A stretch of DNA of 64,000 bases from an uncultured bacterium (GCA_965603355.1 CBFDCQ010000008.1:5441-69440); one strand, 5' to 3'. Positions 37,673-47,472 are shown, numbered from the stretch's first letter. Made by a program: numbers and translations. Notes: generated by a model not told the origin, from the sequence alone.

Positions 37673-39472
37673 GTGAACAGTATGATGAACACTCTGAACC
37701 GGATGTTCCAAGAGAGCGTGAGGAAGTACGCTTCCATGCCCGCGCTTTCAAGTAAGGCAGGAGGCGAGTACAAGTCTGTCACCTACAGTGAGATGGGGGC
37801 TAAGGTGCGCACGCTCGCGAGCGGTCTGGTGGATTTGGGCGTGCAGAAAGGTGACCGCATCGCGCTCATCTCGGAGAACCGTCCTGAGTGGGCGGTTGCT
37901 GACATGGCGATCGCGCATGTTGGTGCGATCAACGTTGCGGCTTTCCCAACGCTCCCACCGGGGCAGGTGGGATACATCGTTGGCGACTCGGGCTCAAAGC
38001 TGATACTCGTTTCAGACAAGAAGCAGTTGGCGAAAGCGCTCGAGGTGAAGAAGGTCCAGCCCGATCTGCGCATCATCACCATGGATTGTCCCGCCGACGC
38101 TGTCAACGACGTGATCACCTTGGATGACGTCATGAGGCGCGGCGAAGCTTCACCGCTTAACGACACGGACTACGAGGACCTGTGGCGCAGTGTTCAGCCG
38201 GATGACTGGGCGAGCATTATTTACACGTCCGGCACGACGGGCGACCCCAAGGGGGCGATTCTCTCGCACTACAATTTTGCCTCCAATGTAGAGGCTGCCC
38301 AGGATGCGTTGACCTTTGAGCCTGGAGACGTGCTGTTGTCTTTCGTTCCTCTCAACCACGTGATGGGGCGACTGGTGGACCTGTACTTGGCGCTGGGTTG
38401 CGGCGCAACGATTGCCTACGTTGAGGATCTGCGTCGGCTGCGGCAGAACATGGCGGAAGTAAGGCCGCACTACGTGACGCTCGTGCCTCGCGTCTTTGAG
38501 ATGTTTCAGGAAGGTCTGCTTCGCAACGTCGCCAAAGAGTCTGATTTGAAGCAGAAGTTGTTCAACTGGGCGCTGTCGGTTGGCGAGCGCCGCACCGAGC
38601 GGATACAAGATAGACAGGCGGTGCCGTTTCTGCTTGCGTTCAAATGGCGGTTCGCCGATACACTGGTTTTCAGCAAGATCCGCGGGCGGCTGGGTTTGAA
38701 CCGGCTCAAGTTGTTCCTCACGGGCAGTGCGCCGCTGCCGAAGGCTACGGCGGAGTTTTTCAGCGCGATGGGAGTGACGATTCTGCAAGGATACGGGCTG
38801 ACCGAGACGTCGCCTCTTGTCTCTGTGAGCCGTCCCGCCTGGATCAAGTTCGGCACGGTCGGTCCGCCGGTCATAGATGTCGAGGTGAAAATCGCCGCTG
38901 ACGGCGAGATCCTGGTGCGCGGCCCGAACATCATGCAAGGTTACTACAACATGCCCGAAAAGACCGCGGAGGTCATAGAATCTGATGGTTGGTTTCACAC
39001 GGGCGACATAGGTGAGTTCGATGAAGACGGGTTTCTCAAGATCACCGATCGCAAGAAGGACCTCCTCGTTCTGGCCAACGGCAAGAAGGTTGCGCCTCAG
39101 CCGATTGAGAATCTTCTGAAAGAGAGTCCCTATATCTCCCAGGTCATCCTCTTTGGCGACAAGCAAAGCATTGTAACTGCTCTGGTTGTGCCGTTATTTG
39201 AGCGCGTGAAGGCATGGGTAAAGGAACGCGGCATAAGTGTCAGCTCGATAAAGGACAAAGAGCTTGCGCAGCTCGCTGCGGTGAAGAGCCTGATTCAAGA
39301 GGAGATCGAGCGGCTTTCGGGGCACCTCGCCAACTTCGAGAAGGTCCATCGTTTCTCGCTGATAGACCAGGAGTTCACCGTTGAAGGCGGTGAGATGACC
39401 CCAACGCTCAAAGTCAAGCGGCGTGTGGTACTGGAGAAGTACAGGGACGTGATCAAGTCAATGTATCGTTGA
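37673..39472 (+). CDS. fadD: long-chain-fatty-acid--CoA ligase (AMP-dependent synthetase)
   Basis: AMP-binding motif IIYTSGTTGDPKGAILSH; GYGLTETS; C-terminal domain. 599 aa. Confidence 0.8.
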   Translation: MNSMMNTLNRMFQESVRKYASMPALSSKAGGEYKSVTYSEMGAKVRTLASGLVDLGVQKGDRIALISENRPEWAVADMAIAHVGAINVAAFPTLPPGQVGYIVGDSGSKLILVSDKKQLAKALEVKKVQPDLRIITMDCPADAVNDVITLDDVMRRGEASPLNDTDYEDLWRSVQPDDWASIIYTSGTTGDPKGAILSHYNFASNVEAAQDALTFEPGDVLLSFVPLNHVMGRLVDLYLALGCGATIAYVEDLRRLRQNMAEVRPHYVTLVPRVFEMFQEGLLRNVAKESDLKQKLFNWALSVGERRTERIQDRQAVPFLLAFKWRFADTLVFSKIRGRLGLNRLKLFLTGSAPLPKATAEFFSAMGVTILQGYGLTETSPLVSVSRPAWIKFGTVGPPVIDVEVKIAADGEILVRGPNIMQGYYNMPEKTAEVIESDGWFHTGDIGEFDEDGFLKITDRKKDLLVLANGKKVAPQPIENLLKESPYISQVILFGDKQSIVTALVVPLFERVKAWVKERGISVSSIKDKELAQLAAVKSLIQEEIERLSGHLANFEKVHRFSLIDQEFTVEGGEMTPTLKVKRRVVLEKYRDVIKSMYR

Positions 39473-39553
39473 TGGAATGGGACACGAAAGAGGCAAGAGG
39501 AACATGGGCGTTGGGTAACGACGATTGACACGAGGCTTTCGTGAAGACGAATC

Positions 39554-40039
39554 GTGACGGGGGAGATAAGAATGATAAGTAGACTCTCCGTGAAGAGGTC
39601 TCTTGGATATTTGGTGGCGGCATTGATACTATCCGCGTGCGGGTGCGCGGGTCTGCGAGGACGCGTTCCGGCGAGCGAGTACTCGATTCCAGACGTTTCG
39701 GCGGAGGTCGGTGGCGAGTTCACACAGGTTCGCGATGTGGTTAGAGACGTTCTTCGCGAGAGCCCTGTCGAGATCTATACGCGGGACAAAAGGGGGCTAT
39801 TTGTCGTCTATGCAAACGTGAGACGCGCGTTTCTGACGCCGCGCAGGTTGCGGCTCGTCGTAACCCTCGAGCGGGTCTCAGAGAGCAGCACGCGCGTTGC
39901 CGTTCAGAGCTTCCCCGAAGCGTACACGGTCAGGCTTCTTACTTATCCCGCGTGGCGTCCCGCCGCGTTCGGCGACAATTCGCTTGCGGAAGAGATCGTG
40001 AGTTTAATCGAGGAGCGGTCGAGCGAAGCGGGCGAGTAG
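39554..40039 (+). CDS. hypothetical lipoprotein
   Basis: Lipobox LILSAC|GCAG after a signal peptide. 161 aa, no known domain. Confidence 0.4.
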   Translation: MTGEIRMISRLSVKRSLGYLVAALILSACGCAGLRGRVPASEYSIPDVSAEVGGEFTQVRDVVRDVLRESPVEIYTRDKRGLFVVYANVRRAFLTPRRLRLVVTLERVSESSTRVAVQSFPEAYTVRLLTYPAWRPAAFGDNSLAEEIVSLIEERSSEAGE

Positions 40040-40277
40040 CTCCTTTCAGCAACCGATCTCCTGTGTGCGACGGGCGGGTCTGAGACCCGCCTCTACCTGC
40101 CGCATCTGCGAGGAGAAAGCCCCCCTTTTATGGTGTATCCGGTTGTGGATGGGCGAATTTTGAGCTTGACTCAGGATGAAAAGAGGTCTATCATACGAAT
40201 AAAAGTCCGGGTTAGGGGTATCTAATAAGGCGGAGTGGTAGAAACTCAACGTTTAATCCAGGCAGTCAGAGGTTGTC

Positions 40278-41738
40278 ATGAGAAGACGCCGGTTATGGTT
40301 GGCAGTGGCTCTATTGGCGGTTGGTTCGGCCATTGCAGGGTCGACGTTCCCGTCACGGGCGCAGGAGAACGCCGACGGCCTCGTGTATGTGATACCGATC
40401 AAGGGCATGATCGGTCCCGGACTGGCCAGCATGGTCGGGAGGAAGATTGACGAGGCGGAAGAAAAGGGTGCGCAAGCCATAATCTTCGAGATTGACACGC
40501 CCGGTGGGCGTGTGGATTCGGCGGCACAGGTTCGTGACGCGATATTCGAGACTCCTTTGCAGACCATCGGCTATATAAAGTACAGGGCGACTTCGGCCGG
40601 TGCGCTCGTCGCGTTGGCCTGCCAGTCCATCGTCGTGGCGCCGGGCAGCTCTATAGGCGCGGCAGCTCCAATAATGATCGCGCCCGGGGGATCGGGTCCC
40701 GTGCCGGGCACCGAGAAGGAGGTCTCTTACGTTCGGACGGAATTCGTCGCGACAGCCGAACGCAACAACCATAACACACTTCTCGCGAAGGCTATGGTGG
40801 ACAAGGACGTCGAGGTATACGCGCGATTCACGGATTCGGGGGTGGAGATATTCGAGGGCCCTCTGGACGGCGAAAAGCCGCCGGACGTTGAGCTTGTTAT
40901 CGCCAAGGAGAAGCTTCTCAGTCTGTCGGGGGAGGAGACTCTCAAGCTGGGGCTTGCGGAACACGAGGCCAGCAGCGTTGGCCAAGTGCTCAGACTTTAT
41001 GACATGCGCGGAGCGCGTCTCGTGCGGGCTGAGCTGAGTTGGTCCGAGAGGTTGGCGCGGCATCTCACGCACCCCGCTGTCAGCGGGCTGCTGCTGACGT
41101 TTGGTTTCTTGGGCATCATATACGAACTGAAGATCCCGGGGTGGGGAATCAGCGGGACCATAGGGCTGACCTGCCTCGCTCTGTTCTTTGGCGCCCACCT
41201 TCTTGTTGGTCTTGCGGAATGGATGGAATTGCTGCTTTTCGGGGCGGGGATAGTGCTGATTATTGCGGAGATATTCTTCATTCCGGGGTTTGGCATAGCT
41301 GGAATATCGGGTACCGCATGTCTGATGGCCGCGATCTATCTTGCGCTCGTGAAATCGCCCATACCGAGGAGCCCGGATGAGATCGCACAGTTCCAGCGCG
41401 CAATGTACACACTGGTCTGGTTCGTGTTAGCGTCGCCGATCATCCTGGTATTGACGTGGAAACTGCTGCCGCGTACCCCGTTCTACGGGCGGATTGTACA
41501 GGTGGCGGAGGAACGTGCCGATCTGGGTTTCACGGCTGCTTCTACGGAGTCGTATATTGGCCAAGTTGGACGTACCGTCACGATTCTGAGACCTGCAGGT
41601 CGCGCGCGGTTCGAGGGCCGGCTTGTGGATGTCGTTGCTGAAGGTGAGTTTATCCCTCCCGGCACTCAGGTGAGGGTGGTTGACGTTAAGGGTAGCCGTG
41701 TGGTTGTCATCCCGGATGAGGAGGTTAAGGAAAGCTAG
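40278..41738 (+). CDS. NfeD-family membrane-bound ClpP-class serine protease (long form)
   Basis: Signal/TM, ClpP-like domain (..IFEIDTPGGRVDSA..KYRATSAGALVALAC..), multiple TM helices, C-terminal OB-fold. 486 aa. Confidence 0.75.
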   Translation: MRRRRLWLAVALLAVGSAIAGSTFPSRAQENADGLVYVIPIKGMIGPGLASMVGRKIDEAEEKGAQAIIFEIDTPGGRVDSAAQVRDAIFETPLQTIGYIKYRATSAGALVALACQSIVVAPGSSIGAAAPIMIAPGGSGPVPGTEKEVSYVRTEFVATAERNNHNTLLAKAMVDKDVEVYARFTDSGVEIFEGPLDGEKPPDVELVIAKEKLLSLSGEETLKLGLAEHEASSVGQVLRLYDMRGARLVRAELSWSERLARHLTHPAVSGLLLTFGFLGIIYELKIPGWGISGTIGLTCLALFFGAHLLVGLAEWMELLLFGAGIVLIIAEIFFIPGFGIAGISGTACLMAAIYLALVKSPIPRSPDEIAQFQRAMYTLVWFVLASPIILVLTWKLLPRTPFYGRIVQVAEERADLGFTAASTESYIGQVGRTVTILRPAGRARFEGRLVDVVAEGEFIPPGTQVRVVDVKGSRVVVIPDEEVKES

Positions 41739-41740
41739 AG

Positions 41741-42067
41741 ATGCTGAGCAAAAAGAAGAAGACGCTTCACAAGATGCTGAAAATGCTTTTGCGCGACTTG
41801 CGCGATCTGGAACATCGAGGTGCTGGTTATTACAGCGCCGTACCGTATGCGGAGCGGTACAATAAGCTGCTCGGTCAGATCAGATCGTCGTACCCGGACG
41901 ATGCGGACCTGCTTGGCACGTTCGAGGATATGGTGCCGGAATCCTCTACCGATTCGGCGGTCAAGGCCAAGGCGGTCGAGAGGCTTATTGTGGAGATAGG
42001 TCAGCTCATGGCCTTCATTGAAGCCTCTTTCGAGGCGGAAGAGGAAAAAGGAGACGAGGACTCGTGA
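41741..42067 (+). CDS. hypothetical cytoplasmic protein, 108 aa
   Basis: ORF between the two NfeD genes with translational coupling (stop/start overlap). No domain recognised. Confidence 0.35.
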   Translation: MLSKKKKTLHKMLKMLLRDLRDLEHRGAGYYSAVPYAERYNKLLGQIRSSYPDDADLLGTFEDMVPESSTDSAVKAKAVERLIVEIGQLMAFIEASFEAEEEKGDEDS

Positions 42068-42564
42068 TAGTCTTACTGCTGTTTCTGGCTGGAATGGCGC
42101 TGCTTTTCTGCGAGCTGTTTATTCCGGGCGGCGTTCTCGGTACGGTGGGTATTGTCTGCATCGGTGGAAGCATCTTCTTCGCATTCAGGGACTACCCCGA
42201 CGCTGCGCTGGCGGTGCTCGCAGGTGAGGTTCTAGTTCTTGCTGTAGGAGTTGTGGTATGGCTGAGAGTATTTCCCCATACACCTATCGCTCGACGTCTC
42301 ACCCTGGCGCGGGAGTTTGACGCCGAAGAAGGTTTCACGAGCGCATCCTCGGAGCTGGAAGAGTATGTCGGCAAGCAAGGCGTGGCCGTGACGATCTTGA
42401 GACCGGCCGGAATCGCTCTGATCGAGGGGAAACGAGTGAACGTTGTGACAGACGGGGAGTTCATTGAGAAGGACGAGCGGGTAAAGGTGTCGGAAGTGGA
42501 AGGAGGACGTATAGTCGTTCTGCCGGTGACCGATAGCGATGCGGGGGCGGACGCGGATACGTAG
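42064..42564 (+). CDS. NfeD short-form protein (two TM helices plus C-terminal OB-fold)
   Basis: N-terminal hydrophobic hairpin. The C-terminal ..VGKQGVAVTILRPAGIALIEGKRVNVVTDGEFIEKDERVKV.. is the NfeD OB-fold. Confidence 0.65.
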   Translation: MIVLLLFLAGMALLFCELFIPGGVLGTVGIVCIGGSIFFAFRDYPDAALAVLAGEVLVLAVGVVVWLRVFPHTPIARRLTLAREFDAEEGFTSASSELEEYVGKQGVAVTILRPAGIALIEGKRVNVVTDGEFIEKDERVKVSEVEGGRIVVLPVTDSDAGADADT

Positions 42565-42629
42565 TAGGGTCTGGCAGCCCTTTAGAAAGGACAGGCGAAG
42601 GCGAGGCAGACTTGGACGCGACGCACTGT

Positions 42630-42745
42630 TAGGGTGCAGGAATGACGCATTGCTAGGGTGCGGGAATGACGCGTTGGTAGGGTGCGTGCGTGACGGGCAG
42701 TTGGAGTGTGGGAGTGGCGCATTTGGGAAAGAATGACGCCTTGGA
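42630..42745. repeat. tandem direct repeat of about 24 bp (tagggtgcgggaatgacgcgttgg), about 3 copies plus degenerate copies, each carrying GGAATGACGC
   Basis: Units 42630-42653, 42654-42677, 42678-42704 read directly, with a further gaatgacgccttgg at about 42731. The motif matches the solo hairpin element at 11930-11956. Confidence 0.8.
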
Positions 42746-42824
42746 GGCTCGGGCTCACAAGGAGCGGCACATCATAGAAACATTAACGGAACTGTAGGTT
42801 AGATTCAATGAAAGGAGACTGACA

Positions 42825-43859
42825 ATGCCACACCCAGCTCTATTGGTAGGATTGTTCGTCGGCGGGATAGTGCTGCTCATCGCCTTCGCGGTGCTCGCGA
42901 GGTTCTTCGGCCTCTGGCTGAGGGCGGCGCTATCCGGAGCCAAGGTTACGTTCACGAACCTTATCGGCATGACCTTGCGTAACGTGTCGCCGAAGATAAT
43001 TGTCGACAGCCGTATCATGGCGGTGAAGGCGGGACTCCCGCTCAGCGTGAACGATCTCGAGACACATTATCTCGCGCGCGGAAACGTCTTGAACGTGGTG
43101 AGAGCTTTAATTGCGGCAAGTAAGGCGGGCATCGAGCTGGAGTTCCCGCAGGCTGCCGCGATCGATCTCGCCGGCCGGGATGTGCTCGACGCCGTGAAAA
43201 CATCTGTTAATCCCCGCGTCATTGACGCGCCCGACCCAGGGAGGGGTAAAGATACTGTTAGCGCCGTGGCGATGGACGGTATCCAGCTTAAGGCCAAGGC
43301 GAGGGTGACGGTCAGGGCCAACCTCGAACGGTTGGTCGGCGGTGCGACCGAGGAGACTATCATTGCGAGGGTCGGCGAAGGAATCGTGACCACGATAGGT
43401 TCCTCCGAGACTTACAAGAGCGTGCTTGAGAATCCCGACTCCATCTCGAAGAGGGTTCTGGATAGAGGTCTCGATTCCGGGACGGCGTTCGAGATTCTGT
43501 CCATTGATATTGCGGACGTTGACGTCGGCGAAAACATCGGCGCGCAACTTCAGGCGAGACAGGCGGAGAGCGACAAGCTTGTCGCTCAGGCGCGGGCGGA
43601 GGCGCGTCGCGCGACCGCCGTGGCGCGTGAGCAGGAGATGAAAGCGCTGGTTCAGGAAATGCGCGCGCGTGTGGTCGAGGCGGAAGCCGAGGTGCCTAAG
43701 GCCATGGCAGAGGCGTTCCGCGCGGGTAACCTGGGTATACTGGACTACTACAAGTTCAAGAATATCCAGGCGGACACGTCCATGCGCGATTCCATAGCTG
43801 GTGTGGGCGAAGGCGAAGAGAAACGTGAGGAAGAGAAACGTGAGGAAGACAAACGTTAG
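42825..43859 (+). CDS. floA: flotillin-like protein FloA (SPFH domain; YqfA/UPF0365 family)
   Basis: Near-diagnostic blocks: [93 protein letters not shown]. The C-terminus has a tandem 15-bp repeat ([14 protein letters not shown]). Confidence 0.85.
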   Translation: MPHPALLVGLFVGGIVLLIAFAVLARFFGLWLRAALSGAKVTFTNLIGMTLRNVSPKIIVDSRIMAVKAGLPLSVNDLETHYLARGNVLNVVRALIAASKAGIELEFPQAAAIDLAGRDVLDAVKTSVNPRVIDAPDPGRGKDTVSAVAMDGIQLKAKARVTVRANLERLVGGATEETIIARVGEGIVTTIGSSETYKSVLENPDSISKRVLDRGLDSGTAFEILSIDIADVDVGENIGAQLQARQAESDKLVAQARAEARRATAVAREQEMKALVQEMRARVVEAEAEVPKAMAEAFRAGNLGILDYYKFKNIQADTSMRDSIAGVGEGEEKREEEKREEDKR

Positions 43860-43871
43860 AGGTGATCAGAA

Positions 43872-44441
43872 ATGAATCCCTTTCCGCTTATCATTCTGTT
43901 CATTGTCGGTGCCAACATCATCAAGGGCATTCGAGAACAGGCTAAGAAGCAGCAGGAGATGGGTGGACAGCAGCCAGGGGAGCAATCCCCAAAGCTCTTC
44001 GAGACCGAGGATGGAACACCGCCTGGCGCGGTCCAGCACCCTTCGCAGCAGCAACGGCCGGCGGCTGACACAGGGAAGATACCGCCGGTTTTTGGAACGG
44101 GACCCAGGGGCACCGTTTTCGACCAGTGGTTTGGAGAGAGCCAGCAGGAAAAGGGAGTTGCCTGGGAAGCTCAGCGGGACGAGATCGGCGAGTTTCTTGG
44201 GATTAAACCCAAACCGGTGCCTGTTGTTGCGCCGCCCATGCCTATAGTCGAAGAGGTGACGGCCGAGCCGATACTGGAGGAAGTGCGGCGGCCGACGATT
44301 CCCGTTGCGAGAAGGAAGCGCGGACCGATCCAAAAGAAAGCGGCGCGGATGCTGCCTCGTGGCGTGTTCGGCGACATGGGCGATGTGAGGCGCGGGATAA
44401 TTATGTCGGAGATACTCGGGCCACCCAAGGGGCTGCAGTAA
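43872..44441 (+). CDS. hypothetical protein with N-terminal TM, Pro/Gln-rich; last gene of the NfeD-FloA operon
   Basis: 189 aa, follows floA by 12 bp. Followed by a terminator. Confidence 0.4.
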   Translation: MNPFPLIILFIVGANIIKGIREQAKKQQEMGGQQPGEQSPKLFETEDGTPPGAVQHPSQQQRPAADTGKIPPVFGTGPRGTVFDQWFGESQQEKGVAWEAQRDEIGEFLGIKPKPVPVVAPPMPIVEEVTAEPILEEVRRPTIPVARRKRGPIQKKAARMLPRGVFGDMGDVRRGIIMSEILGPPKGLQ

Positions 44442-44466
44442 GTCTGACTCAGCGATGTGAGATGGT

Positions 44467-44497
44467 GGGGGCACACCACAGCGGTGTGCCCCCTTTT
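44467..44497 (+). terminator. rho-independent terminator: gggggcacacc-acagc-ggtgtgccccc followed by TTTT
   Basis: Perfect 11-bp GC-rich stem, 5-nt loop and a T-tract, 25 bp after the operon's last stop. Confidence 0.75.
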
Positions 44498-44642
44498 GCT
44501 ATCTTACCCAATGCTGCCACTCTGAGTCCGCGGCGGCGGGCGAAGAATCTCAAATCCAGTAAATGGCGGGAAAAAGTACTTGACAAGGATTGATAATAGG
44601 TGTATAATACACATGTGAACTAAGGGAGAAAGGAGAACGAAG

Positions 44643-45119
44643 GTGGGACTGAAAGAGGAACTTGGATTGAAAATACCCTTTACCGTACCTGCGCACGAGG
44701 CGCTGCTGAGTATCTTCTTCACGGGATCTCTGATCAAGAAGAAGGCCCGAGAGTTCTTCAGCGCGTATGGCGTCACGGATGTGCAGTTCAACCTCATGAT
44801 GCTGCTGATGTACCATTCAGGGGACGATGGGGGATTGACCCAGGCTGATTTGAGCCGCATGATGCTCGTGAATAGGGCCAACATAACGTCGCTCGTAGAC
44901 AGGATGGAGAAGGCGAGTCTGGTTGTCCGGACCGCGGTGCCAGGCGACAGGAGGTACAACTCCGTTCGGCTGACGGCGCACGGCAAGAAGGTCCTGCTTG
45001 ACGTCGAGGAGGAGTATGCTCACGAGGTCGCGAAGATCATGGGAGCGCTCGACGACTCCGAAGTGCGCGACCTTATAGGGGACCTGGAACGTATTCGGAC
45101 AAGTCTTAAGGGGCGTTGA
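44643..45119 (+). CDS. MarR-family transcriptional regulator
   Basis: Winged-helix region ..LTQADLSRMMLVNRANITSLVDRMEKASLVVR..DRRYNSVRLTAHG.. 158 aa. Confidence 0.8.
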   Translation: MGLKEELGLKIPFTVPAHEALLSIFFTGSLIKKKAREFFSAYGVTDVQFNLMMLLMYHSGDDGGLTQADLSRMMLVNRANITSLVDRMEKASLVVRTAVPGDRRYNSVRLTAHGKKVLLDVEEEYAHEVAKIMGALDDSEVRDLIGDLERIRTSLKGR

Positions 45120-45270
45120 CGGAGGATTGACATTCAGACGTGGTCAAGCGAGGGGGTTTTTGGATAAGGATAGTTTATATATGTATCGTATATATGCGGA
45201 TTTATTCGGCTGCCATATATACTCACGATAACTCTGGTTTGGGTCCAGGGGCGGCATTCTAAAACAGGAG

Positions 45271-45726
45271 GTGGTTGAAATGAAGGGGTTTCCGAAACTA
45301 GGACGCCTGACGAGGGCTCGGAAGGTATCGCTCGTTCTGGTTGCGGTGAGCTGTGTTTCACTGATAGCGGCTTTTGTTGTTGGAGTCAGTGATAACTGGC
45401 CGGGGATAACGCTATGCTACATCGCGGCTACGACTTTCATTCTTGCTCTTGTGCATAGCGGGCGTCGGATAAGGAACTTCTTGATCCTCCTTGGCATGGG
45501 GCTGGTCGGGTTCCCTCTGTTTGCTGTGCTGCACAATGTCTTTTATGCGCTGGGGGAAATAGCGAAAGATATCGCCATAGTGCACCATTCCATGGGGCTC
45601 TTGCATGCGGCATTCTTTATCATTGCGATTATGTTCTGCCCGGCGGCTGTCGTGATTGGCGCTGTTGGCAGCGTGGTAGTTGCAGCGATGAATAGGCGAA
45701 GACAGATGTCCAATGAAGCGGCATAG
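45271..45726 (+). CDS. small 4-TM membrane protein, hypothetical
   Basis: Hydrophobic 151-aa ORF downstream of the marR gene. Confidence 0.4.
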   Translation: MVEMKGFPKLGRLTRARKVSLVLVAVSCVSLIAAFVVGVSDNWPGITLCYIAATTFILALVHSGRRIRNFLILLGMGLVGFPLFAVLHNVFYALGEIAKDIAIVHHSMGLLHAAFFIIAIMFCPAAVVIGAVGSVVVAAMNRRRQMSNEAA

Positions 45727-45816
45727 CGAAGTGCGTGGGACAGGATAAGGGGCGTGCCTTTGCGGTAGTGGAGTGAGGGTGCTTGAGGTTGGGACAACCG
45801 AGACGTATCGGGAGGG

Positions 45817-47460
45817 ATGAGAACCATGTTTAGACGAGCGATTACATGTTGCCTGGCGGTGTTGACGCTACTTAGCCTGGTCGGGTGCAGCACGGTGTAT
45901 ATGAAAGCGACACCGTTCTATACCGGCGAGTACGAGAAGACCGACGGGCCGGCCGAGAAGAGGGTAAACCTCTGGCCGCTGGCGTACTACCGGAAACCGG
46001 CGCTGTCCTTGCTGTGGCCGCTTGGGGAGGTCACGGACGACCATGTCGCCGCACGTCCACTCGTTGCGGTCTACAAGCTCGACAAGGAAGAGCGCCAGTG
46101 GCGTATTCTGTGGCCCTTGGCTCAGTTTGACTTCGAGACGGACAGCCATCATATCTTGCCGGTTTTTTGGGGCGAGGACTACTTCTTCATACCCCCGTTG
46201 GTTTTGTGGTCCGATGAGTACAAGGCGGTGTTCCCGTTGTGGCTGCATTCCAAGGATTCGGGTGGCCACGATACTTGGGCGCTATGGCCGTTCTTCCGAC
46301 TCGAACGGGAGGAGGACGAGCGGGGCTTCCACGTCTGGCCGCTGGTTGGCTCTTACGAGCAAGAGGATAGCAGCTATACCTTCGCGATGTGGCCGCTGTG
46401 CCAGCGATGGCGTGACGGCGACGACTCTCTTCTGCTGACACCGCTGTGGTCCAGCAGAACCGAAGGCGATTCGCGGTGGAACTGCTTGTTCCCGCTCTAT
46501 TACACCAGCACCAATCCGTCAAAGGACGAGGAGCGACTGATAACTCCGGTCATTGGCCGCGCACGTTCGGGCGACAAAACGCGGTGGATCCTTGTTCCGG
46601 CCGCTTCGTCCGTGTCATGGGGTGAGGATGAGAAGGATATTTGGGCGCTGGCACCTCTGGCACATTTCCGGTGGGGCGGCGACGACGTTCAGAGCCATGT
46701 CGCGCCGCTATATCTGTATGACCGAGACGAGAACCTGTTCGTCTCGCCCGTGTTCTCAAGGAGAAAGGGCGATGACGATGGCTTCGTCAATGTGCTCACG
46801 CTTCTTGGCCAATACACGTATCACAGCGATGGACAGAAGACGTTGAGGTTGCTTCCGCCACTGACGGCAGTCTCGCGGGGCGGGAAGTACAGGCGTCCGG
46901 GCGCATGGTTGTTCTCCTACTTCGCACCGGAAGCACGTGCTGAGCAAGAGAAGCCGTACTACCTCTGGATTGCGCCATCGATTTACTGGGAGCGGGATTT
47001 CGGCGAGAGGGAGTGGTCGGAGGATCCAGATGGTGCGGGATGGACGGGCGAGTGGCATCGGAAAGGACTCTTCCCCCTCTGGCACTACCAGAGCCACGAG
47101 GATCCTGAGAGGGAGCGCCGTTATCGCGACTTTTCGCTGCTGGGCTTCTTGTACGATTATCGTCTCCGTCAGGGCCGGCCCGCAAGAGATGATTCCGAGA
47201 TAACCGAGGACTACGTGCGGAGGCGTATTCTCTGGCGATTGGCTCATTATGAGCGCATTGACGGAGATAAGACGCTTGATATCTTTCCTGCCATAACCTG
47301 GGACAGCAAGGCGGACGGTTATAGACAGTTCTCGTTCTTGTGGCGGCTGTTCCGAGTTGAACGCACTGAAGATGGCGGGCAGAATCTGGACTTCCTATTC
47401 GTCCCGCTGATGCGCAAGAGCGGCACGTCCGAAGGCGGAACCGGCCAGGGAGAGCTTTGA
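45817..47460 (+). CDS. lipoprotein built from about 25 short (about 17 aa) Trp/Pro/Leu-rich repeats; family not recognised
   Basis: Lipobox LSLVGC|S. Recurrent units such as LWPLAYYRKP, LWPLGEVTDD, LWPLAQFDFETD, VFWGEDYFF, FPLWLHSKDSG, LWPFFRLERE, VWPLVGSYEQ, MWPLCQRWRDG, TPLWSSRTEGD, FPLYYTSTNP, APLAHFRWGGDD, APLYLYDRDEN, FPLWHYQSHED. 547 aa. Confidence 0.6.
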   Translation: MRTMFRRAITCCLAVLTLLSLVGCSTVYMKATPFYTGEYEKTDGPAEKRVNLWPLAYYRKPALSLLWPLGEVTDDHVAARPLVAVYKLDKEERQWRILWPLAQFDFETDSHHILPVFWGEDYFFIPPLVLWSDEYKAVFPLWLHSKDSGGHDTWALWPFFRLEREEDERGFHVWPLVGSYEQEDSSYTFAMWPLCQRWRDGDDSLLLTPLWSSRTEGDSRWNCLFPLYYTSTNPSKDEERLITPVIGRARSGDKTRWILVPAASSVSWGEDEKDIWALAPLAHFRWGGDDVQSHVAPLYLYDRDENLFVSPVFSRRKGDDDGFVNVLTLLGQYTYHSDGQKTLRLLPPLTAVSRGGKYRRPGAWLFSYFAPEARAEQEKPYYLWIAPSIYWERDFGEREWSEDPDGAGWTGEWHRKGLFPLWHYQSHEDPERERRYRDFSLLGFLYDYRLRQGRPARDDSEITEDYVRRRILWRLAHYERIDGDKTLDIFPAITWDSKADGYRQFSFLWRLFRVERTEDGGQNLDFLFVPLMRKSGTSEGGTGQGEL

Positions 47461-47472
47461 GAGGCGGTCTCT

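Noticed and set aside
42630-42745. CRISPR array
   Set aside because: The repeats are directly adjacent with no unique spacers, the units are degenerate, and no cas genes are nearby. It was treated as a tandem repeat.
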